A stretch of 64,000 nucleotides of DNA. Source: an uncultured Bacteroidales bacterium. Lineage in GTDB: Bacteria; Bacteroidota; Bacteroidia; Bacteroidales; UBA10428. Made by a program: the position numbers and the translations under genes. Location: positions 282,338 through 346,337 of the forward strand of contig CAVVXI010000003.1 in NCBI GenBank assembly GCA_963752195.1. Direction: 5' to 3'. A model generated the notes under the pieces. The model ran no database searches. It saw nothing but the letters and a program-made list of their open reading frames with translations, and had not been told where the DNA came from. Shown here one piece after another: positions 20,696 to 29,504 of the stretch; the first letter of the stretch is position 1; each line of letters begins with the position of its first letter.

Positions 20696-23064
20696 AAACC
20701 CGGTTTACAGGCTGGCTCAGGAGCAGGAAATACTTCCTTTTGACCCTCGCAGTCCTCGTGTCGTTTTATCTCCGGCTCCTGCACGGCCCACTTTTTCATG
20801 ATCCGCTTTCAACGGTAATATACGACAGGAATGGCGAACTTCTGGGTGCCCGGGTTGCCTCCGACGGGCAATGGCGGTTTTCGGGAAATTCACGGGTACC
20901 GGAGAAAGTAAAGAAAACGACCCTCGCTTTTGAGGACCGCTTTTTTTATTATCATCCGGGATTTAATCCCTATTCGATCGGCAGGGCCCTGGTTTTAAAC
21001 CTGAAGCGCCATAGGATCGTCAGCGGCGGAAGTACAATTACGATGCAGACAATCAGGCTGGCGCGCAAAGGCAGGCCAAGATCGGTGTATGAAAAAGGGG
21101 TGGAGCTTTTGCTGGCGACCCGGCTTGAACTGAAGAAAAGCAAAGACGAAATACTGGCTCTGTATACGGCAAATGCTCCTTATGGCGGAAATGTCATCGG
21201 GATCGAAGCTGCCGCCTGGAAATATTATGGCACCGACAGCAAAAACCTGTCCTGGGCTGAAGCGGCATCACTGGCTGTTCTGCCCAACGCACCCTCCCTG
21301 ATTAACCCGGGAAAAAACAGGGAACGCCTGCTTATAAAAAGGAACCTCCTTTTAAAGCGGGTATTTGCATTGGGGTGGATGGATGAAACTACGTATCATC
21401 TGGCATTGACGGAACCCATCCCGGATAAACCGGTGGCTATGCCCCAAAGGGCAACCCATTTACTTTGCCGGCTGGGGGCATTAAGTCCCCGGGCTTATAT
21501 TACAACCCTTGACGGAAAACTTCAGGATCGGGCTGCTGCGATAGTAGAAAAGCATCATAAAATATTACAATATAATCAAATAAACAACGCTGCTGTACTG
21601 ATAGTTGAAGTTGAAACAGGGAATATACTCGCCTATGTGGGGAATGTTTCAGCCCATGGTCATGAAAACAACGGGACCGATGTAGACATCATCCGTTCTC
21701 CACGGAGTACGGGAAGCATTCTTAAGCCGGCCCTGTATGCGGCCATGCTGGATGATGGTAAAATTCTGCCGAACAGCCTCCTGGCGGATATTCCGATCAA
21801 TCTCTCCGGGTTTGCTCCCCGGAATTTCAACGGCCAGTATGAAGGGGCTGTCCCTGCAAGCCAGGCCTTATCCCGCTCCCTGAATATACCGGCGGTTGAG
21901 ATGCTCCGGGATTATGGCACGGACCGTTTCCAGCGGCTGTTGAAAAATATGGGAATCACTACCCTCACTCATACGGCCGAACACTATGGTCTGTCGTTGA
22001 TCCTGGGAGGGGCGGAAGGTAACCTCGAAGAACTGACCAATCTTTATGCTTCTTTTTCGAGGGTACTCAATCATTATGCGATGAGCGGATTATACTATCC
22101 GGGCGATTTCAGACCGCTGAACCTTGTCAGAGGGAAGATGCCGCCGCCAGGGAAGGGAAGGGAAGAACCCGTGAGGGTGAGCGCAGGGGCCCTGTGGTTT
22201 ACCTATGCCGCCATGAATGAGGTCAATCGTCCCGGCGAAGAATCGGGATGGAAATATTTCGGATCGGCACCCAAAATTGCCTGGAAGACCGGAACAAGTT
22301 TTGGCTACCGCGACGGATGGGCCATTGGAACATCACCCCGCTATGTGGCTGGCGTTTGGATTGGAAATGCCGATGGGGAGGGTCGCCCGGGCCTGACCGG
22401 TATTTCGGTTGCGGCACCCGTATTGTTCGAGCTATTTGGTATTTTGCCTGAGTCAGGCTGGTTTAAGGAGCCCGTGGATGAGCTGGTACCGGCGATTGTT
22501 TGCCGCCAGAGTGGTTTCCTGGCAGGGCCCAATTGCAGCAACGGCGACTCTGTTTTGATTCCCCTGCCGGGATTGCATGCGCCTGTTTGCCCTTTCCACC
22601 GGATGATCCAATTGTCGGCCGACCGGAAATTCAGGGTAAACCGTGACTGCATGGAGGGGGAAAATATGGTACCGTCATCCTGGTTTGTTCTTCCCGCTGT
22701 TCAGGAATGGTATTTTCATAAAATTCATCCCGAATACAGGTTACTGCCGCCCTATAATCCGGGTTGCCGGCCTGACAATGCAGGATACATGGATCTCATC
22801 TATCCGCGTGAAAATTCCGGCATATTTATTCCGGTGGAATTGGGCGGAAAGCCGGGAAGAGTCGTTTTTGAAGCCGTTCACCGGAATGAAAATGCAACGA
22901 TCTACTGGCATCTGGACGGCAGATTTCTTTCGTGCACACATTCCCCGCACCAGGTTGAAATTTTGCCCTCCCCCGGCAAACATACACTGGTGCTGATTGA
23001 TGGGAACGGGGAAGAACTGATCCGCCATTTTAAAATACTGAGCAAGGACGACGATCGGAACTAA
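20692..23064 (+). CDS. pbpC: Penicillin-binding protein 1C
   Basis: Transglycosylase EDRFFYYHPG, GGSTITMQ; transpeptidase SILK, SLN, KTGTS; C-terminal BiPBP_C-like domain. Confidence 0.93.
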   Translation: MKTRFTGWLRSRKYFLLTLAVLVSFYLRLLHGPLFHDPLSTVIYDRNGELLGARVASDGQWRFSGNSRVPEKVKKTTLAFEDRFFYYHPGFNPYSIGRALVLNLKRHRIVSGGSTITMQTIRLARKGRPRSVYEKGVELLLATRLELKKSKDEILALYTANAPYGGNVIGIEAAAWKYYGTDSKNLSWAEAASLAVLPNAPSLINPGKNRERLLIKRNLLLKRVFALGWMDETTYHLALTEPIPDKPVAMPQRATHLLCRLGALSPRAYITTLDGKLQDRAAAIVEKHHKILQYNQINNAAVLIVEVETGNILAYVGNVSAHGHENNGTDVDIIRSPRSTGSILKPALYAAMLDDGKILPNSLLADIPINLSGFAPRNFNGQYEGAVPASQALSRSLNIPAVEMLRDYGTDRFQRLLKNMGITTLTHTAEHYGLSLILGGAEGNLEELTNLYASFSRVLNHYAMSGLYYPGDFRPLNLVRGKMPPPGKGREEPVRVSAGALWFTYAAMNEVNRPGEESGWKYFGSAPKIAWKTGTSFGYRDGWAIGTSPRYVAGVWIGNADGEGRPGLTGISVAAPVLFELFGILPESGWFKEPVDELVPAIVCRQSGFLAGPNCSNGDSVLIPLPGLHAPVCPFHRMIQLSADRKFRVNRDCMEGENMVPSSWFVLPAVQEWYFHKIHPEYRLLPPYNPGCRPDNAGYMDLIYPRENSGIFIPVELGGKPGRVVFEAVHRNENATIYWHLDGRFLSCTHSPHQVEILPSPGKHTLVLIDGNGEELIRHFKILSKDDDRN

Positions 23065-23597
23065 GCGCTGATAAATCTCCAGGCATGGCTGATCCAGGGC
23101 TCGCCGGCGTAACTGATGCCTACCCGCGGCTTTTGAAGGATTACGGGTTTTTCCTTGCTGTCCCCAATCCAGATTCTCCCGGAAGTTACAAGGTCGGTTC
23201 CCTGGAAAGATCTGTCAATATCAAGACGGCGGGTGAGAACCCCCGGGCCGGGTAAGTCTTTCAATCCCCTGACCAGGATTGCCTGGGGACTTCCGGCCGG
23301 ACCGGTGACAATATTCAGCATCCAGTAAATGCCATAAATAAGATAGATATACAGAAAACCGGCGTCGCCGTACATGATGCTGTTGCGTTTGGTTATGCCG
23401 AAACGGGCATGCGAGGCCTTGTCTTCTTCTCCACGGTAAGCTTCCACTTCTGTAATAACATGGGATTCAAAAACGCCGGAGCGGGAGATGACCAGTTTTT
23501 TTCCAAGCAGGTCGGGTGCTACAACCAGTACATCCCTGCTATAAAAATCGCGGTTTAATCTTGATGCCGTATAATTTTCCGAAGACAAACCTTTCAA
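23061..23597 (-). CDS. DNA-3-methyladenine glycosylase (MPG/AAG family)
   Basis: ITEVEAYRGEEDKASHA, YIYLIYG, GPG, PRVGI...WRF. Confidence 0.9.
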   Translation of the reverse strand: MKGLSSENYTASRLNRDFYSRDVLVVAPDLLGKKLVISRSGVFESHVITEVEAYRGEEDKASHARFGITKRNSIMYGDAGFLYIYLIYGIYWMLNIVTGPAGSPQAILVRGLKDLPGPGVLTRRLDIDRSFQGTDLVTSGRIWIGDSKEKPVILQKPRVGISYAGEPWISHAWRFISA

Positions 23598-23606
23598 TCA
23601 ACAAAT

Positions 23607-24659
23607 TTACAAAATAAGCATAGCATCCCCATAGGTACCGAAGTGGTATTTTTCCTTGATGGCCACCTTGTACGATTCGAAAAGCAGCTCGTAGCCGGCA
23701 AAGGCAGAAACCATCATCAACAGGGTAGATAAGGGAAGATGAAAATTGGAAATCATCCGGGTAGGAACACTGAATTCATAGGGAGGGAAAATGAATTTGT
23801 TCGTCCATCCGTCAAACGGTTTTAAGTGACCTGCCGTGGAAACGGAACTTTCAAGCGTGCGCAAAACAGTTGTGCCAACCGCACAAACATGTTTGCGTGC
23901 ATCCTTGGCTTCGTTCACAATGTTAACGGCTTCTTCGTTAATAATGATCCTCTCGGAATCCATCTTATGCTTGGTAAGATCCTCCACGTCTACCGTGCGG
24001 AAATTGCCAAGGCCTACATGCAGTGTAATTTCGGCAAAATGAGTACCTTTAATTTCAAGCCTTTTCAGTAATTCCCGGCTGAAATGAAGTCCTGCCGTAG
24101 GAGCGGCAACAGCTCCTTCATGCTTGGCAAAAATAGTCTGGTAGCGGTCACGGTCTTCCGGTTGAACAGCTCTTTTAATGAATTTGGGAAGCGGCGTTTC
24201 TCCCAGTTTAAATAAGGTTTTCTTAAATTCGTCGTAATCACCATCGAACAAAAACCGGAGCGTTCGTCCCCTGGAGGTAGTATTGTCTATTACTTCGGCA
24301 ACGAGCGTTTCCTCGTCGTCTCCGAAATACAGCTTATTTCCGATTCTTATTTTACGGGCGGGATCCACAAGTACATCCCACAGGCGCTGTTCCCGGTTGA
24401 GTTCACGAAGCAGAAATACCTCTATCTCCGCACCCGTTTTTTCCTTGTTTCCATATAAACGTGCAGGAAAAACCTTGGTATTGTTCACCACCATTACATC
24501 ACCTACCTCAAAATAATCAATAATTTCCCTGAAAATTTTATGCTCAATCACCCCGGTTTTGCGGTCTACTACCATTAATTTCGATTCGTCCCGCTTGTCA
24601 GCCGGGTACTTGGCGATCAGATCTTCCGGCAGGTTGTATTTATATTGAGATAGTTTCAT
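23607..24659 (-). CDS. queA: S-adenosylmethionine:tRNA ribosyltransferase-isomerase
   Basis: [44 protein letters not shown]. Confidence 0.96.
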   Translation of the reverse strand: MKLSQYKYNLPEDLIAKYPADKRDESKLMVVDRKTGVIEHKIFREIIDYFEVGDVMVVNNTKVFPARLYGNKEKTGAEIEVFLLRELNREQRLWDVLVDPARKIRIGNKLYFGDDEETLVAEVIDNTTSRGRTLRFLFDGDYDEFKKTLFKLGETPLPKFIKRAVQPEDRDRYQTIFAKHEGAVAAPTAGLHFSRELLKRLEIKGTHFAEITLHVGLGNFRTVDVEDLTKHKMDSERIIINEEAVNIVNEAKDARKHVCAVGTTVLRTLESSVSTAGHLKPFDGWTNKFIFPPYEFSVPTRMISNFHLPLSTLLMMVSAFAGYELLFESYKVAIKEKYHFGTYGDAMLIL

Positions 24660-24716
24660 GGATAAAATTGGAGATTATAATATAAACCAAATATATACGC
24701 AAAGCGGGCAAAAAAG

Positions 24717-25421
24717 TTACAAAAGAACTAAATTTCTTTCGAATTCTTCTATTTTCATAGCATTTTTTAACAAAAAATTACCGATGGCAGTTCGTACAAG
24801 CCCTGACAGGTAGGCTCCCGAGCCAAGGGACGTGCCAATGTCGCGGGCGAGGGAACGTATATAAGTTCCCTTGCTGCAAACCACCCGAAATTCAATAACC
24901 GGAAGTTCAAAACGGGTCAGTTCAATGGAACGGATCTCGATTTCTTTCATGGGAAGATCGACACTTTCACCTTTGCGGGCAAGCGTATAGGCTCTTTTTC
25001 CGTTTACAAAACGGGCCGAATAGTCGGGGGGTTGTTGCATTCTTTTTCCCGGGAGGCCGCTGATCACCTGCTCCACATCGGAGAGCGTTATATGCTCTGT
25101 AGGATAGGTAAAGTCCACATCCGTTTCAAGATCAAAGGAAGGAGTAGTGGCACCCAGGGTAATCGCAGCCCTGTATTCTTTGAATTCTGCCTGGTATTTA
25201 TCAATATTCCGGGTTTCTTTGCCCGTACAAACGATCATCAGTCCCGATGCAAGCGGATCGAGGGTTCCGGCATGGCCAACCTTCAGTTTTTTAAGGCCGA
25301 GGCGGTTCTTTAATACGCCTTTAATTTTATTAACCAGGTCAAAGGATGTCCAGTATAAAGGCTTATCAAACAGCAGTATTTTACCGAGTGCAAATTCCTC
25401 AGCCAGTGCAGAATTTTCCAT
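24717..25421 (-). CDS. truB: tRNA pseudouridine(55) synthase
   Basis: DKP, KVGHAGTLDPLASG, CSKGTYIRSL. Confidence 0.96.
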   Translation of the reverse strand: MENSALAEEFALGKILLFDKPLYWTSFDLVNKIKGVLKNRLGLKKLKVGHAGTLDPLASGLMIVCTGKETRNIDKYQAEFKEYRAAITLGATTPSFDLETDVDFTYPTEHITLSDVEQVISGLPGKRMQQPPDYSARFVNGKRAYTLARKGESVDLPMKEIEIRSIELTRFELPVIEFRVVCSKGTYIRSLARDIGTSLGSGAYLSGLVRTAIGNFLLKNAMKIEEFERNLVLL

Positions 25422-25462
25422 TATACTCCTGTTCGCAGATTAGGGTTCAATTGGCGTATAAA

Positions 25463-25729
25463 TTATTGTTTAGCAGGAGATTTCGGTTTTTTCATGATGG
25501 CCCAGATTTCAAATGCAAATCCGGCGACCACCACCACGGGGGCGAGCGTTATCCGCCTGAAGCTGAAAAGTTCCTTTGCATTGAAGACCGCCGGATCAGG
25601 AGACTTTCCGCCCATCATCAGCAGGAAGCCGATGATGATCACGACAAATCCGATGATCAGGTAAATGTAATTTTCCTTTGCCAGCGCAAATCCGGAATCC
25701 GGTATTATTTCTTCGGGTTTCTTAGCCAT
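25463..25729 (-). CDS. DUF3098 small membrane protein
   Basis: ENY...two TM helices, FSFRRITLAP; position downstream of ftsX. Confidence 0.85.
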   Translation of the reverse strand: MAKKPEEIIPDSGFALAKENYIYLIIGFVVIIIGFLLMMGGKSPDPAVFNAKELFSFRRITLAPVVVVAGFAFEIWAIMKKPKSPAKQ

Positions 25730-25742
25730 ATCTGTGATTTAA

Positions 25743-26615
25743 TTAGGTGTACAAATTGTCCGTTTTCATCTTCAGGTACTTATTTACCGAAAGCCAGGTG
25801 GAAAACCAGGCCAGTATAACACCGGTAATCAGCATGATGGAAAATATAATTCCCAGGATACGGTAATCCTGGAAACTGAATAATCCCTGCAATTGTTTTT
25901 CCACCAGAAAAAGCGTGGCAATTAAAAGCAAAATCGCAATGCAGGCACCGATAATTCCCTGGGTGATGCCTTTCAGCACAAAGGGTCGCCGGATCAGGTA
26001 ATATTTTGCCCCCACCAGTTGCATGGTGCGGATGATAAATCGTTTGGAATAAACCGAGAGCCGGATTGTATTGTTGATCAGTGTAAGCGCGATCAGCGTA
26101 AGCAGCCCGCCCAGGATAAGGATACCAATACTGATCTTCCTTACATTCAGATTCACCGCGTAAATGAGATCTTTCTGGTATGCCACGTCGGCTACCTGCG
26201 GGTAAGTCCGGAATTCCTTTTCTATAACAGCAAAGCTGTCGGGATTTGCATAATTCGCATGGAGCTTTACGTCAATAGACGAGGGAAGGGGATTGTATCC
26301 CAGAAAATCAACAAAGTCTTCTCCCATCTCTTTCTGGAAATCCTCGGCGGCCTTCTCCCGGGTAATATACCGGGTTTCTTTGACATATTTTTTTGAGTCG
26401 AGCAGTTTCTGCAGGGAAAATACCTCCACCTCACGGATATCATCATTCAGGTAAATCGATATTCCCACATTTTCCTTTACGTAATCGGAAAGCTTTTTTG
26501 TATTCAGAAGAAGCATTCCCACGAGGCCCACCATAAAAAGTACCAGTGCAATACTCACTACCGAAGTAAGATACGATGCAGTTAAACGCCGGCGTATTGT
26601 ATTGTCTTTTGCCAT
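25743..26615 (-). CDS. ftsX: Cell division permease FtsX
   Basis: Four TM helices, LGYNPLP, INNTIRLSVYSKRFIIRTMQLVGA. ATG 26615 preferred. Confidence 0.92.
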   Translation of the reverse strand: MAKDNTIRRRLTASYLTSVVSIALVLFMVGLVGMLLLNTKKLSDYVKENVGISIYLNDDIREVEVFSLQKLLDSKKYVKETRYITREKAAEDFQKEMGEDFVDFLGYNPLPSSIDVKLHANYANPDSFAVIEKEFRTYPQVADVAYQKDLIYAVNLNVRKISIGILILGGLLTLIALTLINNTIRLSVYSKRFIIRTMQLVGAKYYLIRRPFVLKGITQGIIGACIAILLLIATLFLVEKQLQGLFSFQDYRILGIIFSIMLITGVILAWFSTWLSVNKYLKMKTDNLYT

Positions 26616-26650
26616 TACCCTGATTTGAACGTGCAAAGATACTCTTTTTA

Positions 26651-27670
26651 TTATTCAGCAAAGTCTAACCAGCCATGTACATCGGCTTCATCTCCGTACT
26701 GGATCGAAATCAGTTTGTTGTATAATTTTGTGGAAACCGGGCCTGGCTTGCCGTCACAGCAATATTCATAAATCCTGTTTGTATCGGGATCTACAATTTT
26801 ACGGATTGGTGTGATTACAGCTGCCGTTCCGCAGGCACCCACCTCTTCAAAGGACGACAACTCTTCAATTTCCACCGGCCTGCATTCCACCTTCATCCCC
26901 AGGTCAAGGCTTAATTGCTGCAGGCTCATGTTTGTAATGGACGGCAGGATGGATTGGGAGGAAGGAGTTATATAGGTATTGTCGCGGATTCCGAAAAAGT
27001 TTGCAGGGCCGGCTTCATCCACATACTTTTTCTCTTTTGGATCGAGGTACAGGGTGGTGGAAAATCCTTTATCATGAGCCTGTTCGAGGGAGTCAAGACT
27101 GGCGGCATAATTGCCACCGACCTTATACCTCCCAGTACCCAGGGGTGCGGCACGGTCGCTGCCACGGCAAACCATCAGGTCAACCGGTTTGAATCCTTCC
27201 TTAAAATAAGGACCTACCGGCGTTACAAACACCACGAAAAGGAATTCCTTTGCCGGTTTAACGCCAACTTCGGCACCGCTTCCAATCAACAGGGGACGAA
27301 TATACAGGGATGCGCCGGTTCCATAGGGCGGAACAAATTTTTCATTTAGTTTCACCGCGGTCAGAACAGCTTTCCTGAACAGTTCGGGAGGTACCACGGC
27401 CATTTTTATGCCTTTGGCTGAATTTTCAAGCCTCCGGGCATTTTCATCCAGGCGGAAAACCCGGATGCGGTTGTCCTTCCCACGGAATGCCTTGAGCCCT
27501 TCAAAGGCTTCCTGTCCGTAATGCAGGCAGGTTGCCGCCATATGCATGTGAATATATTCCGAGGAGGAGATCTCCAGTTCGCCCCACTTGTCTTCCCTGA
27601 AATGGCAACGCGTATTGTAATCCGTCTTAACATATCCAAAAGACAAGTTTTTCCAGTCGTAGGTTTCCAT
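26651..27670 (-). CDS. ilvE: Branched-chain amino acid aminotransferase
   Basis: LHYGQEAFEGLKA, LYIRP, PLP Lys in YKVGGNYA, ILPSIT, CGTAAVITP. Start may extend to 27724. Confidence 0.93.
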   Translation of the reverse strand: METYDWKNLSFGYVKTDYNTRCHFREDKWGELEISSSEYIHMHMAATCLHYGQEAFEGLKAFRGKDNRIRVFRLDENARRLENSAKGIKMAVVPPELFRKAVLTAVKLNEKFVPPYGTGASLYIRPLLIGSGAEVGVKPAKEFLFVVFVTPVGPYFKEGFKPVDLMVCRGSDRAAPLGTGRYKVGGNYAASLDSLEQAHDKGFSTTLYLDPKEKKYVDEAGPANFFGIRDNTYITPSSQSILPSITNMSLQQLSLDLGMKVECRPVEIEELSSFEEVGACGTAAVITPIRKIVDPDTNRIYEYCCDGKPGPVSTKLYNKLISIQYGDEADVHGWLDFAE

Positions 27671-27821
27671 GATTTCCTGTTTCAATTCGGTTTCAAAAAT
27701 AACCATTTCAGCGGTATCCGGCATGATTAAAAGTCATTAATTCATAAATTTCCGCCAATTTTATCTGTTATTCAAAATAAAGAAATAATTTTATAGTTTA
27801 TTGTTTAATAATACCATAAGC

Positions 27822-28658
27822 ATGGAACATGATAAGAATTTGATTATGGTTACATGGGACTTTACTGAAAAGTCTGTGTATGCCCTTGAACATGCTGTAC
27901 AGATGGCTTCCATTTTACAGGGTGAAATTTCGGTTGTCCATATTGTAAAAAAGGAATCCGAAATCCGGGATGCCCAAAAACGGATTGCGGAAGAAGTCAA
28001 AATGAAATTCCCGGATTCCTCCCTGAAATTCAATTACATAGTCCGTACCGGGAACATCTTTCATACAATCGGCGAGATCGCAACGGAAACAAACGCCCTC
28101 CTTGTGATCATGGGAACACATGGCATAGTGGGCATGCAAAAATTTCTCGGAAGCTGGGCTTTAAAAGTTATTGCAAGCTGCCGGGCCCCTTTCATCGTAG
28201 TGCAGGATTCCCCCCGGGGAGAAGCGCTTAAAAACATTGTTCTGCCGGTGAATTTCAAAAAGGAGACGAAGGAATGTGTGGCCTGGACTCATTTTTTCTC
28301 TAAAAAATTCGGCACACGCTTTCACTTATTCAGGGCGAAATATACAGACAGCAACTTTCGGAAAGGACTGGAATCAAATGTCTTTTTTATATCAAAATAT
28401 TTTGGAAGCAAAGGGATCCATTTTGAATCCCAGGGAAGCGTGGGTGAAGCGGATTTCGGAAAAGAAACAATTCAGTATGCCAAGAATGTCAGCGCCGATG
28501 CCATCCTTGTCATGACCACACGGGATATCGGCTTTACCGATTATGTGCTGGGCCCGCAGGAACAATACATGATTGCCAACAACGAGAAAATTCCGGTCAT
28601 CTGCATTAACCCACGGCCTGCCAAAGTGGGGGGCGGTTTCAGTGCAAGCGGCGGATAA
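27822..28658 (+). CDS. Universal stress protein (tandem UspA domains)
   Basis: VTWDFTEKS..AL..A, VIMGTHG, second domain IVLPVNF...IPVICINP. Confidence 0.88.
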   Translation: MEHDKNLIMVTWDFTEKSVYALEHAVQMASILQGEISVVHIVKKESEIRDAQKRIAEEVKMKFPDSSLKFNYIVRTGNIFHTIGEIATETNALLVIMGTHGIVGMQKFLGSWALKVIASCRAPFIVVQDSPRGEALKNIVLPVNFKKETKECVAWTHFFSKKFGTRFHLFRAKYTDSNFRKGLESNVFFISKYFGSKGIHFESQGSVGEADFGKETIQYAKNVSADAILVMTTRDIGFTDYVLGPQEQYMIANNEKIPVICINPRPAKVGGGFSASGG

Positions 28659-28673
28659 CCTGTAACGGGTGTG

Positions 28674-28772
28674 ACGCAAAAAAAGATCGTTAAGCTCTGT
28701 ATTCTCACAAAAGCAAAGCACCTTAAATTATAAACTTTGCAAACTTTGCGAATTCCTCCGCGATCTTTGCGT
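28674..28772. repeat. ~99-bp imperfect palindrome (MITE/REP-like)
   Basis: ACGCAAA(AAAA)GATCG at left end versus CGATCTTTGCGT at right end; internal GCAAAG/CTTTGC pairs. Confidence 0.5.
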
Positions 28773-28822
28773 TTTATCTGTTATGTATTCCCTGTAAAGC
28801 TTTTTACTCCCAAAATATTTTA

Positions 28823-28849
28823 CCGCAGATTCCGCGAATTTCGCAAATT
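28823..28849 (+). repeat. Degenerate 9-mer tandem repeat x3
   Basis: CCGCAGATT CCGCGAATT TCGCAAATT. Confidence 0.55.
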
Positions 28850-28913
28850 GATGTTCGCTTTGCCTGCTTTACCTGTTCAATAAGTAGCCAGTAAAAAAAT
28901 GAAATTGAAAAAG

Positions 28914-29504
28914 ATGGATACGAATAAGCTGGTATTTGCTACAAATAACAATCATAAACTTCAAGAAATCCGACAACTGGTCGGGAATCATATTGAACTT
29001 CTGAACCTGTCGGATATCGGATTCGCCGGGGATATTCCGGAAGAAGCCGACACGATTGAGGGCAATGCGGCTCAAAAGGCGTGGTTTATTTACAATAAAT
29101 ATGCGGTGAATTGCTTTGCGGATGACACCGGACTTGAAATAGAAGCCCTCCGTGGCGAACCCGGCGTTTATTCGGCCCGGTATGCGGGAATCAATTGTAC
29201 ATTCGAGGATAACATGAATAAGGTATTGGCTGCCATGCATGGAAAAGACAACCGGAAGGCCCGCTTCAGAACTGTAATTGCCCTGATCGAAAACGGAAAA
29301 TTAACTACCTTTCCGGGAGAAATCAGCGGAACGATAACCCGAGAAAAACAGGGTGTTAAAGGGTTCGGTTATGACCCTGTTTTTCTGCCCGACGGATTTG
29401 ACAGAACCTTTGCTGAAATGGACCTGTCAGAAAAAAATCGAATTTCACACAGGGCGGTGGCAGTTCAGAAACTGGTGGATTATCTCAAAAGCCGTTACAA
29501 ATGA
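28914..29504 (+). CDS. rdgB: Non-canonical purine NTP pyrophosphatase (HAM1 family)
   Basis: FATNNNHK, ADDTGL, PGVYSARYAG, GFGYDPVF, SHR. Start 28899 or 28914. Confidence 0.95.
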   Translation: MDTNKLVFATNNNHKLQEIRQLVGNHIELLNLSDIGFAGDIPEEADTIEGNAAQKAWFIYNKYAVNCFADDTGLEIEALRGEPGVYSARYAGINCTFEDNMNKVLAAMHGKDNRKARFRTVIALIENGKLTTFPGEISGTITREKQGVKGFGYDPVFLPDGFDRTFAEMDLSEKNRISHRAVAVQKLVDYLKSRYK

